Notes: generated by a model from the letters alone, not told the origin. Positions 15,001-30,198 are shown, numbered from the stretch's first letter. The stretch: DNA of 64,000 nucleotides from Eledone cirrhosa (GCA_964016885.1 CAXHJY010000517.1:124001-188000), one strand, 5' to 3'. Numbers and translations: made by a program.

Positions 15001-18000
15001 TCGGTCATTAGACCGGTGTCTTTAAGGTTCACTCATTAGACTGCTGTCTTTAAGGTTTATTCATTAGACTGCTGTCTTTAGGGTTCGGTCATTAGACCGT
15101 CATCTTTAACGTTCAGTCATTAGACTGGCTGTCTTTATGGTTCGGTCATTAGACAGCTGTCTTTAAGGTTCAGTCATTAGACTGCTATCTTTATGGTTCG
15201 GTCATTAGACCGGTGTCTTTAAGGTTCGGTCATTAGACTGTTGTCTTTAAGGTTCAGTCATTAGACTGGCTGTCTTTATGGTTCGGTCATTAGACTGGTG
15301 TCTTTAAGGTTCAGTCATTAGACTGCTGTCTTTAAGGTTCACTCATTAGACTGCTGTCTTTAAGGTTCAGTCATTCGACTGTTGTCTTTAAGGTTCAGTC
15401 ATTAGACTGGTGTCTTTAAGGTTCAGTCATTAGACTGGTGTCTTTAAGGTTCAGTCATTAGACTGCTGTCTTTTAGGTTCACTCATTAGACTGCTGTCTT
15501 TAAGGTTCAGTCATTCGACTGTTGTCTTTAAGGTTCAGTCATTCGACTGTTGTCTTTAAGGTTCAGTCATTAGACTGTTGTCTTTAAGGTTCAGTCATTA
15601 GACTGGTGTCTTTAAGGTTCAGTCATTAGACTGGTGTCTTTAAGGTTCAGTCATTAGACTGCTGTCTTTTAGGTTCACTCATTAGACTGCTGTCTTTAAG
15701 GTTCAGTCATTCGACTGTTGTCTTTAAGGTTCAGTCATTCGACTGTTGTCTTTAAGGTTCAGTCATTAGACTGTTGTCTTTAAGGTTCAGTCATTAGACT
15801 GTTGTCTTTAAGGTTCAGTCATTAGACTGGTGTCTTTAAGGTTCAGTCATTAGACTGCTGTCTTTTAGGTTCACTCATTAGACTGCTGTCTTTAAGGTTC
15901 AGTCATTCGACTGTTGTCTTTAAGGTTCAGTCATTCGACTGTTGTCTTTAAGGTTCAGTCATTAGACTGTTGTCTTTAAGGTTCAGTCATTAGACTGCTG
16001 TCTTTATGGTTCGGTCATTAGACCGGTGTCTTTAAGGTTCGGTCATTAGACTGTTGTCTTTAAGGTTCAGTCATTCGACTGTTGTCATTAAGGTTCAGTC
16101 ATTAAACTGTTGTCTTTAAGGTTCAGTCATTCGACTGTTGTCTTTAAGGTTCAGTCATTAGACTGTTGTCTTTAAGGTTCAGTCATTAGACTGCTGTCTT
16201 TATGGTTCGGTCATTAGACTGGTGTCTTTAAGGTTCGGTCATTAGACTGCTGTCTTTATGGTTCAGTCATTAGACTGTTGTCTTTAAGGTTCAGTCATTA
16301 GACTGCTGTCTTTATGGTTCGGTCATTAGACCGGTGTCTTTATGGTTCAGTCATTAGACTGCTGTCTTTAAGGTTTAGTCATTAGACTGCTGTCTTTATG
16401 GTTCGGTCATTAGACCGGTGTCTTTAAGGTTCAGTCATTAGACTGCTGTCATTAAGGTTTAGTCATTAGACTGCTGTCTTTAAGGTTCGGTCATTAGACT
16501 GTTGTCTTTAAGGTTCAGTCATTAGACTGGCTGTCTTTATGGTTCGGTCATTAGACTGGTGTCTTTAAGGTTCAGTCATTAGACTGCTGTCTTTAAGGTT
16601 CACTCATTAGACTGCTGTCTTTAAGGTTCAGTCATTCGACTGTTGTCTTTAAGGTTCAGTCATTAGACTGGTGTCTTTCAGGTTCAGTCATTAGACTGGT
16701 GTCTTTAAGGTTCAGTCATTAGACTGCTGTCTTTTAGGTTCACTCATTAGACTGCTGTCTTTAAGGTTCAGTCATTCGACTGTTGTCTTTAAGGTTCAGT
16801 CATTCGACTGTTGTCTTTAAGGTTCAGTCATTAGACTGTTGTCTTTAAGGTTCAGTCATTAGACTGGTGTCTTTAAGGTTCAGTCATTAGACTGGTGTCT
16901 TTAAGGTTCAGTCATTAGACTGCTGTCTTTTAGGTTCACTCATTAGACTGCTGTCTTTAAGGTTCAGTCATTCGACTGTTGTCTTTAAGGTTCAGTCATT
17001 CGACTGTTGTCTTTAAGGTTCAGTCATTAGACTGTTGTCTTTAAGGTTCAGTCATTAGACTGGTGTCTTTAAGGTTCAGTCATTAGACTGGTGTCTTTAA
17101 GGTTCAGTCATTAGACTGCTGTCTTTTAGGTTCACTCATTAGACTGCTGTCTTTAAGGTTCAGTCATTCGACTGTCGTCTTTAAGGTTCAGTCATTCGAC
17201 TGTTGTCTTTAAGGTTCAGTCATTAGACTGTTGTCTTTAAGGTTCAGTCATTAGACTGTTGTCTTTAAGGTTCAGTCATTAGACTGGTGTCTTTAAGGTT
17301 CAGTCATTAGACTGCTGTCTTTTAGGTTCACTCATTAGACTGCTGTCTTTAAGGTTCAGTCATTCGACTGTTGTCTTTAAGGTTCAGTCATTCGACTGTT
17401 GTCTTTAAGGTTCAGTCATTAGACTGTTGTCTTTAAGGTTCAGTCATTAGACTGCTGTCTTTATGGTTCGGTCATTAGACCGGTGTCTTTAAGGTTCGGT
17501 CATTAGACTGTTGTCTTTAAGGTTCAGTCATTAGACTGGCTGTCTTTATGGTTCGGTCATTAGACTGGTGTCTTTAAGGTTCAGTCATTAGACTGCTGTC
17601 TTTAAGGTTCACTCATTAGACTGCTGTCTTTAAGGTTCAGTCATTCGACTGTTGTCTTTAAGGTTCAGTCATTAGACTGGTGTCTTTAAGGTTCAGTCAT
17701 TAGACTGGTGTCTTTAAGGTTCAGTCATTAGACTGCTATCTTTTAGGTTCACTCATTAGACTGCTGTCTTTAAGGTTCAGTCATTCGACTGTTGTCTTTA
17801 AGGTTCAGTCATTCGACTGTTGTCTTTAAGGTTCATTCATTAGACTGTTGTCTTTAAGGTTCAGTCATTAGACTGCTGTCTTTAAGGTTCGGTCATTCGA
17901 CTGTTATCTTTAAGGTTCAGTCATTAGACTGCTGTCTTTAAGGTTCACTCATTAGACTGCTGTCTTTAAGGTTCTGTCATTCGACTGTTGTCTTTAAGGT

Positions 18001-19400
18001 TCAGTCATTAGACTGCTGTCTTTAAGGTTCGGCCATTCGACTGCTGTCTTTAAGGTTCGGTCATTAGACTGGTGTCTTTAAGGTTCAGTTATTAGACTGC
18101 TGTCTTTAATGTTCACTCATTCGACTGCTGTCTTTAAGGTTCAGTCATTCGACTGCTGTCTTTAAGGTTCAGTCATTAGACTGCTGTCTTTAAGGTTCAC
18201 TCATTAGACTGTTGTCTTTAAGGTTCAGTCATTAGACTGCTGTCTTTAAGGTTCAGTCATTAGACTGCTGTCTTTAAGGTTCAGTCATTAGACTGCTGTC
18301 TTTAAGGTTCAGTCATTAGACTGCTGTCTTTAAGATTCACTCATTAGACTGCTGTATTTAAGGTTCAGTCATTCGACTGTTGTCTTTAAGGTTCAGTCAT
18401 TAGACTGCTGTCTTTAAGATTCACTCATTAGACTGCTGTATTTAAGGTTCAGTCATTCGACTGCTGTATTTAAGGTTCAGTCATTCGACTGCTGTCTTTA
18501 AGGTTCAGTCATTAGACTGCTGTCTTTAAGGTTCAGTCATTAGACTGCTGTCTTTAAGGTTCAGTCATTAGACTGCTGTCTTTAAGGTTCAGTCATTAGA
18601 CTGCTGTCTTTAAGATTCACTCATTAGACTGCTGTATTTAAGGTTCAGTCATTCGACTGTTGTCTTTAAGGTTCAGTCATTAGACTGCTGTCTTTAAGAT
18701 TCACTCATTAGACTGCTGTATTTAAGGTTCAGTCATTCGACTGCTGTATTTAAGGTTCAGTCATTCGACTGCTGTCTTTAAGGTTCAGTCATTAGACTGC
18801 TGTCTTTAAGGTTCAGTCATTAGACTGCTGTCTTTAAGGTTCAGTCATTAGACTGCTGTCTTTAAGATTCACTCATTAGACTGCTGTATTTAAGGTTCAG
18901 TCATTCGACTGTTGTCTTTAAGGTTCAGTCATTAGACTGCTGTCTTTAAGATTCACTCATTAGACTGCTGTATTTAAGGTTCAGTCATTCGACTGCTGTA
19001 TTTAAGGTTCAGTCATTCGACTGCTGTCTTTAAGGTTCAGTCATTAGACTGCTGTCTTTAAGGTTCAGTCATTCGACTGCTGTCTTTATGGTTCAGTCAT
19101 TCGACTGCTGTATTTAAGGTTCAGTCATTCGACTGCTGTATTTAAGGTTCAGTCATTCGACTGCTGTCTTTAAGGTTCAGTCATTAGACTGCTGTCTTTA
19201 AGGTTTAGTCATTCGACTGTTGTCTTTAAGGTTCAGTCATTCGACTGTTGTCTTTAAGGTTCAGTCATTAGACTGCTGTCTTTAAGATTCACTCATTAGA
19301 CTGCTGACTTTATGGTTCAGTCATACGACTGTTGTCATTAAGGTTCAGTCATTAGACTGCTGTCTTTAAGGTTCAGTCATTCGACTGTTGTCTTTAAGGG
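1..19400. repeat. 28-bp tandem satellite array (consensus GGTTCAGTCATTAGACTGCTGTCTTTAA), ~690 monomers, continuing off the window start
   Basis: Uninterrupted 28-bp periodicity (CATTAGACTG at 1, CATTCGACTG at 29). Recurrent variant monomers and occasional 30-bp GGGTTT units. Ends at ...TCTTTAAGGG, 19400. Confidence 0.99.
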
Positions 19401-20055
19401 TTACGTATATTTCATTTCAATGAAAGGGTTCCTCGGGGGCACAAACCCCCGTTGAAACTTTCTTCCCTTCGATTTATATGACATTTAAACCATAGGTAAA
19501 TGATAAGATATGATACCTATTCACAAAATTCAATAATATTAAGACACCCTAATGGGGGTTAAACCCCCTATAGTGAAAATTATGGCCAATAAATGGAACA
19601 AGATTTCACGAACTTCTCCTATGGGTTTGGAGATAGACCCCCATAACCATATATATTCTGAAACTACATTGCCCAGGGTACTTGGATATGTATATTTCAT
19701 TTTAATCAAAGGGCTCCCCGGGGTCCCAAAACCCCTACTGAAAATGTTTTCCCTTCGATTTATATGACATTTAAACCATAGGTAAATGACAAGATATGAT
19801 GCCTATTCACAAAAGTTTTGAATTGATATTTTGAAAACAATTATTTACAAGAAACAAAATAAGAATAAGATTTAATAATGCAATTTTGATTTGATATATT
19901 ACAAAAAATAATGTTTTCCAATTTTTCATGCATTACATTTTACATTGAAATGCAGAGTTTTTCTCCATAAATTATATCACTGATTTAAAATCAATCATCA
20001 TTTTCTTACAAAAAAAAATGTGTGAAAATCAGCAAGGCGCGGGTAATTCGGCTAA
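19401..20055 (+). mobile_element. Probable 3' part of a non-autonomous Helitron
   Basis: Diverged ~125-bp direct repeat (19405-19528 vs 19690-19813). The end GCAAGGCGCGGGTAATTCGGCTAA|T resembles the hairpin+CTAG ends at 24922-24949 and 61937-61965 and is followed by (TA)n. Confidence 0.5.
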
Positions 20056-20215
20056 TATATATAGATATATATATATGTGTCTGTGTGGTGTGTGTGTAGG
20101 GGTGTATGGGGGAAGACACAGAAGGAGAAAGAAAGAGAAAATGAAACAAACAGAGATAGATTGTGCATCAATAATCACCCACACATGTGTGTGTATGTAT
20201 ATATATGTGTGTTAG

Positions 20216-20249
<34 letters not shown>

Positions 20250-20510
20250 CGTGTGTATGTATGTGTGTATGAATGTGTGTATGTATATATATATATGTGT
20301 GTATGTATGTGTATATGTATGTATTTATGTAGGCATGCACGTATGTATGTGTGTATGTATGTATATATGTATGTATGCACGTATGTATGTGTGTATGTAT
20401 GTGTATATGTATGTACGTATGTATGTGTATATGTATGTACGTATGTATGTGTATGTGAAAGGAAGTGGGGGGGGGGGAAGAGAGGGAGTGAGAGAGACAG
20501 AGAAAGACAG
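20056..20510. repeat. Mixed (TA)n/(TG)n/(TATG)n/(GA)n microsatellite
   Basis: Directly visible; ORFs here are translation artefacts. Confidence 0.9.
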
Positions 20511-20677
20511 ATTGTGACACAATAACCTCCCAATGATTGGTTCAGTTTAAAGATGAAGTTTCTGATGAGAGGTGATAAATGAGAGAGTAGGGAAGAAGGA
20601 GGAGGAGGAGGTAAGTAAGCGACTGGGGAAAGGGGCGGGGGCAGTGAATAGCTCTCTGTCTCATATCAATACTTCTA

Positions 20678-22335
20678 ACACCACCACCACCACCACCAAC
20701 ACCACCACCACCAACACAACACCTCCAACTTTAACACCGCCACTACACCACCGCCATTACCACCCCACCATAATGACACACTACCAACACACCACTCCTC
20801 CAACATTAACACCACCACATCCCCACATCACACCACCACATCCCCCACATCACACCACCACATCCCCCACATCACACCACCACATCCCCACAACACACCA
20901 CCACATCCTCCACAACACACCACCACATCCCCACAACACACCACCACATCCCCACAACACACCACCACATCCCCACAACACACCACCACATCCCCACAAC
21001 ACACCACCACATCCCCACAACACACCACCACATCCCCCACAACACACCACCACATCCCCACAACACACCACCACATCCCCCACATCACACCACCACATCC
21101 CCCACATCACACCACCACATCCCCACAACACACCACCACATCCCCACAACACACCACCACATCCCCACAACACACCACCACATCCCCACAACACACCACC
21201 ACATCCCCACAACACACCACCACATCCCCACAACACACCACCACATCCCACATCACACCACCACATCCCCACAACACACCACCACATCCCCCACATCACA
21301 CCACCACATCCCCACATCACACCACCACATCCCCACAACACACCACCACATCCTCCACATCACACCACCACATCCCCACAACACACCACCACATCCCCCA
21401 CATCACACCACCACATCCCCACAACACACCACCACATCCTCCACATCACACCACCACATCCCCACAACACACCACCACATCCTCCACAACACACCACCAC
21501 ATCCTCCACATCACACCACCACATCCCCACAACACACCACCACATCCCCACAACACACCACCACATCCCCCACATCACACCACCACATCCCCACAACACA
21601 CCACCACATCCCCACAACACACCACCACATCCCCCACATCACACCACCACATCCCCACAACACACCACCACATCCTCCACATCACACCACCACATCCCCA
21701 CAACACACCACCACATCCCCCACATCACACCACCACATCCCCACATCACACCACCACATCCCCACAACACACCACCACATCCTCCACATCACACCACCAC
21801 ATCTCCACATCACACCACCACATCCCCACAACACACCACCACATCCCCACAACACACCACCACATCCTCCACATCACACCACCACATCTCCACAACACAC
21901 CACCACATCCCCACAGCACACCACCACATCCCCCACATCACACCACCACATCTCCACATCACACCACCACATCCCCCACATCACACCACCACATCTCCAC
22001 ATCACACCACCACATCCCCACAACACAACACCACCACCACTACCACACCACCAACACACCACCACACCACCATCAACACACCACCACCACTACCACATCC
22101 CCACATCACACCACCACCACTAACACACCACCAACACACCACCACCACCAACAACACACCACCACCACTACCACACCACCAACACACTACCACCAACAAC
22201 AACAACACACCACCACCATTACCTCACCACCAACATACCACCACCACCATAAAGACACACTACTACACCACCACCAACACACTACTATCACCAGGGCACT
22301 CCACCACTTCATCACCACCACCACCGCCACCATCA
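20678..22335. repeat. C/A-rich minisatellite, 21-22 bp unit (ACACCACCACATCCCCACAAC) with (CAC)n flanks
   Basis: Directly visible tandem units; produces the spurious 596-aa H/P/T ORF. Confidence 0.95.
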
Positions 22336-22384
22336 GTACACAATCTATACTCTGCTACATAGGACATTGACCTAGAACTAAACA

Positions 22385-22718
22385 TCGCGTGCGCGCATTG
22401 GACCTCCGTCGATTTCTACGACGAGTGTCCCTTTTGTTCGATCAACGGAACAACCTGCTCGTGAAATGAACGTGCAAATGGTTCAACATTCAACAGACAC
22501 GTATACCGTTGACATAATTCTCATGGAGATTCAGCGTGACATGGTGCGTGATAAAGCTGATCCATTGAATTACAGGTACAACAATATCATTCATATTTGT
22601 TAGCTGAGTCGATTGGAGAGACGTGAAAAAAAGTGTCTCGTTTAAAATCAACACTCTGCTGGGAATCGAACTCACGACCTTACGACCTTACGATCGTGAA
22701 CTAAACCTGAACCACTAA
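22385..22718 (-). mobile_element. tRNA-derived SINE, second family (diverged)
   Basis: Reverse complement has B-box GAGTTCGATTCCC (~22661-22673) followed by a GACACTT..TTTCAC motif also seen at 40914-40927. The body resembles 56970-57025. Confidence 0.7.
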
Positions 22719-22829
22719 GGTATTCATTGTCACAGAGCTTCCATCAACAATACACACTATCATGTCACACTATACTAACAAGCCACAGCGGACATTGACA
22801 TGGAACTAAAGTATAACGATTACATACCA

Positions 22830-24700
22830 CTACACCAACAACAACAACTCTTCCACCAACACCACCACCAGCGTCACCGCCAACACCAACAACACCACCA
22901 ACATCAACATCAACACCACACCACTCTTACCACCACCACCACCACCACCATCACCACCAACACCAACATTTCCACCAACACCGCCACCACCGTAAACACC
23001 AACAATACCATCAACATCAACACCACTAACTACATCACTACAAATACCACACCACTCTTACTACCACCACCACCACCACCACCACCACCACCACCACCAT
23101 CACCAACACTTCCACCAACACCGCCACCACCGTAAACACCAACAATACCATCAACATCAACACCACTAACTACATCACTACAAATACCACACCACTCTTA
23201 CTACCACCACCACCACCACCACCACCACCACCACCACCATCACCAACACTTCCACCAACACCGCCACCACCGTAAACACCAACAATACCATCAACATCAA
23301 CACCACTAACTACATCACAACAAACACCACACCACTCTTACCACCACTCTTACCACCACCACCACCAGCAACACCAACACTTCCACCACCAACACCACCA
23401 ACACCAACATCAACATCAACACCAACACCACTAACTACATCACAACAAACACCACACCACTCTTACCACCACTCTTACCACCACCACCACCAGCAACACC
23501 AACACTTCCACCACCAACACCAACATCAACATCAACACCAACACCAACACCACTAACAACATCACTACAAACACCACACCACTCTTACTACCACCACCAC
23601 CACCACCACCACCATCACCAACACTTCCACCAACACCACCACCAACATAAACACCAACATCAACATCAAAATCACTAACAACATCACTACAAACACCACA
23701 CCACTCTTACTACCACCACCACCACCACCATCACCAACACTTCCACCAACACCACCACCACCATAAACACCAACATCAACATCAACATCACTAACAACAT
23801 CACTACAAACACCACACCACTCTTACTACCACCACCACCACCACCACCACCACCATCACCAACACTTCCACCAACACCACCACCAACATCAACATCAACA
23901 CCAACACCAAGACCACTAACAACATCACTACAAACACCACACCACTCTTACTACCACCACCACCACCACCACCATCACCAACACTTCCACCACCACCACC
24001 ACCACAAACACCAACATCAACATCAACACCAACACCACTACCATCACTACAAACACCACTCTTACCACCAACACCAACATCAACATCAACACCAACACCA
24101 CTAACATCACTACAAACACCACACCACTCTTACCACCAACACCAACATTAACATCACCAGCAACACTACACCATCTAAATCACCCCCGCCACCTAAATCA
24201 CCACCACCACCATCATCGTGAACACCACCGCCACCAACACCATCACCAACACTACACCACCTAAATCACCACCACCACCATCATCACGAACACCACCACC
24301 ACCATCATCAACACTACACCACTGTCACCACTTACGTCACCATCACCAATACCAACATCAGCATTAACACCAACAGCACCACCATCACCACGAACACCAC
24401 CGCCACCAACACCATCACCAACACTACACCACCTAAATCACCACCACCACCATCATCACGAACACCACCACCACCATCAGCAACACTACACCACTGTCAC
24501 CACTTACGTCACCATCACCAATACCAACATCAGCATTAACAGCAACAACAACAACAACAACAGCACCACCAATACCACCACCACTAACAATAACAATAAC
24601 GATATAATGAAAAAGATAGGAGAGAGACAACAACTATAACAAGAGCAACACCAACAACAACAAGAGTAACAACAACAAAAACAACAATAACATCAACAAC
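22830..24700. repeat. (CAC)/(CAA)-rich compound repeat with ~120-bp repeated units
   Basis: CGTAAACACCAACAATACC recurs at 22991, 23131 and 23271; further duplicated block ~24230-24420 vs ~24410-24540. Confidence 0.9.
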
Positions 24701-24889
24701 AACAACGACGATATAATGGAAAAGATGTTGAAAATAATTAGTTGAAGATCGAACATGGGTTTCGGGGATAAATAAACAGGAGAGGATATTGATTTGGTTT
24801 AGGTCGGAATTTGAACGTAAAAATAAGAGCTGAGATTTGACGATAATGAAACAGGCACGACTACTTTACACCACATACACAGTTACATG

Positions 24890-26929
<2,040 letters not shown>

Positions 26930-27010
26930 CATATATATATATACATATACATATATATATATACATATACATATATATATACATATATATATATATACAT
27001 AAATATATAT

Positions 27011-27077
<67 letters not shown>

Positions 27078-27096
27078 GTTAAACAAGGTTCAATGA

Positions 27097-28845
27097 ATAA
27101 ATAAAAGAATTAGTTTTACAATAGATTGGAAGCACTCAACAGATTTTGAAGGAAAAACTGAGCCTTTCATACCTAGACAGCCGAGGATAAATGTTAAGGA
27201 TCACAAAAGAAACTTTGAGGAAGACCTGCCAGTTAGACTGATTGCTCCATCTAAATCGGATATTGGAGTAATCAGTAAGAATATTATTGACAGAATTCTA
27301 CCTACTCTGAAATTGAAGTCTAAATTGAGCTTATGGAAGGACACTAATGAAGTGATTGACTGGTTTAAAAATATAGAGAATAAGAAATATCCCAAATTCA
27401 TCCAAATGGACATAGCCAGCTATTATTCTTCCATTACACCTAACCTATTAAATAAGGCGTTATCTTATGCTTACAAACATACAGATCTAACTACGGATGA
27501 AATCGATATCATATTAACTGCTAGAAGAACTCTAATTAATTTCAACAATGAATATTGGACCCGTTTAGATAGGAATAGAAACTTTGACATTACCATGGGA
27601 TCATCGAACTCAGCGCAGGTCACGGATCTTCTGGGGATTTTCATCTTAAATATGATAAATAGAAAACTACCGGAGATTACCGGTGGTTTATATAGGGACG
27701 ATATTTTATTTACGGTTGTCAAACATAGCAATACAGAACTAAATAGGGTTAAGAAAACTATAATTGAATTCTTTAAAAATTACAATCTTAAATTAGAAGT
27801 TGAAAGTAGTACCAAAATAGTTCATTTCCTTGACGTTACCCTTAACTTAAACTCAGGTTTTTATTACCCTTTCCATAAGCCCAATGAAAAGTTAAACTAC
27901 GTTAGCTATTACTCTAATCACCCTAAATCTGTGAAAAACGCAATAGTCAATAGTGTACAGAAACGCATAACTAGAATATCCGCTAATAAATCCATGTTTG
28001 ATGAAAAAGCAGGATATTATAATGACGCGCTACGAAAGGCAGGTTATAAAAATAATATAGAATATATGGATAATAATTTGAATTATAATCCTAATAAGAT
28101 TAACATGTATAAACGAGATTCTAAAAATGTTAATACAAACACCACTACCGTAAATAAGTCGGGAAAAAAATCAGAACTAAATCAGTTATATGGTTTTGGT
28201 AGTGGAGTAGGAAAATTTGACAGTTAAAATATACAACAAAATATAAGTGCGTACAATGCATATAAATGTAAAAAAACCACGAATATACCACCAACACATC
28301 AAACCAACCATAATACTAAAATAAACCGCAACAAACCACCATCTCCTTCACATATAACAAGTCGAGTAAATTCCGCACCAAATTTGATTAAATCCCCTGA
28401 TATAATATTCACGAATGGTTGTAACTGTAGAAACAAAAGAAATTGCCCATTTAAGGGAAATTGTCTTATTAATAACATAGTATATAAATGTAAAATTAGC
28501 ACTAAGGACTCAACTTATTCATATATAGGAGCTACGTCTAACCAATTTAAAGTAAGATTTAATACCCACAAACATAGTTTTTAAAATGCCGCATTAGCTA
28601 ATACAACATCATTGGCTGAAACAATTAATAATTATAGAAAAAAGAATATCGATTACAACCTGACCTGGAGTATGCTCAAAATGGCCACCCCTTATCAAAA
28701 TAACAGATATGAGTGTAGATTATGCTCCGAGGAACTTTTTGAAATAATGAAATCTAAAGATATCCTATTAAATAAGCGACAAGAATTAATTATATCTTGC
28801 AATCATAGAATTAGAAGAACTTCCAAATGTTATAAACCTAATTAA
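27097..28845 (+). pseudogene. Penelope-like element ORF (reverse transcriptase + C-terminal GIY-YIG endonuclease), 5'-truncated and disrupted
   Basis: Frame open 27097-28227: KDHK..F...RLIAPSKS, DIASYYSSI, TMGS, GLYRDD, FLDVTL, HKPN..YV..SNHP. Then CNCR..CPFKGNC..IVY..YIGAT..FK.RF..H (28384-28584), an in-frame stop, and CRLC..E..LLNKR.E..C.H (to 28845). Confidence 0.92.
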
Positions 28846-29574
28846 TATACACCTTACACTTATATTTTACATATTATTATAATTAGTTTTTTTTATTTAG
28901 TTACCTATAATTAGTACTTTACTACAGAGAACTTCATAATTTTATTTCCCTCTTACAGTTCTCTTTTCCTAAAATTAATACCTAAAAGTATACATAAAAA
29001 TTAATTTAATTTCCTGTTATGAATCTAGATTCCTTGTAGTCTATATAAGATTGGTATTTCTCACTACTACATTTATCCCTAAATTTTATTTTCCTTCGTT
29101 TTTAACAACATTCTTTAATAACATCTCATTCTTATTTATCACATCCATATGAATTAATAAAAATTTATCCCTATAAGTATACCTATCAATTAATTTAATT
29201 TCTTATTATAGATCTAAATTCCTTGTGTTTTAAATAAGATTGGTATTTTTCACTAACACCTTACCCTAAAATTTTATTCTCCTTCGGTTTTAACATTAAC
29301 ATTATTCTTTAATAGCATCAAATGTTCGTGTACTCTTCACCGGCTTGACCTCTTTTCATCCCCAAAGTATTATTTTCATTCAAAGTATTCTTTCCATTCA
29401 AAACTTAAGTCTGTATTCCTCTACCCCTAAATTAAATTTCTACTACTAGTATTCTATCAACTTGACCTCTTACTACTTTTCTATTGGTCAATTCAAAACC
29501 TGTTCCCAAACAGACCTATTATATTAAATCTTTGTTGTTTTTTTTCAATAAACAAATATCATTATTTCTGAAGA

Positions 29575-29681
29575 TCCCGCCGAGGTTTACTTTGCCTTTC
29601 ATCCTTACGGGGTCGATATAATAAAGTACCAGTAATGCACTGGATAATTGCTGGCCTTGTGCCAAAAGTAGAAACAATTAT
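29575..29681 (+). mobile_element. 5'-truncated tRNA-derived SINE (family A)
   Basis: CCCGCCGAGG..TTTGCCTTTCATCCTTACGGGGTCGATA..AGTACCAG..GCTGGCCTTGTGCCAAAAGTAGAAACAATTATT; TSD ATTATTTCTGAWGA. Confidence 0.9.
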
Positions 29682-29692
29682 TTCTGATGACA

Positions 29693-29885
29693 GCGGTGGA
29701 TTGGCAGTATCGGTAGAGGGTCGGACGCCATGCTTTGACGCATAGAGTTACGACCCTTGCCATTCTGAGTTCAAATTCCGCCGAGGTTAACTTTGCCGTT
29801 CATCCTTACGGCGTCGATAAAATAAAGTACCAGTAATACACTGGAATAATTGCTGGCCTTGTGCCAAATGGTAGAAACAATTATT
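29693..29885 (+). mobile_element. Full-length tRNA-derived SINE (family A)
   Basis: A-box-like TGGCAGTATCGG, B-box GAGTTCAAATT, shared core and ATTATT tail. 18-bp TSD with 2 mismatches (29677-29694 / 29880-29897). From memory the core resembles the Meta domain of MetaSINEs (unchecked). Confidence 0.9.
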
Positions 29886-30198
29886 TTTGAAGACAGCATA
29901 TATATGTGAAGGTATGTATATTTCCTCTGATAGTTTGTACAATTTTTACATAGATCTATATGATATACATACCAACACACATATATATCCTAGAAACGAT
30001 CGTAAAATGATGAATTTTTTAATATAAGGAATTGTTCTTTGTTTTTATTCATTGTTTTTATTAATTTATCTTGACTCTGTTTTCCTGGGATTTTCATCAA
30101 AAATTTTTGAATGCATCTTCTCTTTTCATGATATTTGGATTACATTGAGTTCTTCATACGGATTGGACACTACCGTATATTTTGATAGATTTATCTAC

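Larger units (their letters stand above)
29559..30013 (+). ncRNA. Type I hammerhead ribozyme with extended stem II, interrupted by two SINEs
   Basis: TCATTATTT-CTGAAGA (29559-29574) ... GAAAC-gatc-GTA-AAATGATGA (29993-30013). Stem I is 9 bp with one G-U; stem III is palindromic ACGATCGT. Stem II arms: ATATATATGTG/CACATATATAT and GGTATGTATAT/ATATACATACC. Confidence 0.75.
28846..30195 (+). mobile_element. 3' UTR / pseudo-LTR of the Penelope-like element
   Basis: AT-rich tail with a diverged ~130-bp duplication (28998-29125 vs 29187-29320). Contains the interrupted hammerhead and ends at (TA)n. Confidence 0.6.

Noticed and set aside
1-19400. CRISPR array (28-bp partly palindromic repeat)
   Set aside because: Monomers are head-to-tail with no unique spacers, there are no cas genes, and the context is eukaryotic.
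20520-20660. ATTGG, GC box and GAG|GTAAGT cluster as promoter or first exon
   Set aside because: Short motifs in purine-rich low-complexity sequence with no linked coding evidence.
20572-22362. 596-aa His/Pro/Thr-rich ORF
   Set aside because: Translation of a C/A minisatellite that cannot form stops; the peptide pattern shifts frame with unit indels.
29693-29790. tRNA genes at A/B-box motifs
   Set aside because: No cloverleaf; the boxes belong to SINE heads repeated throughout the window.
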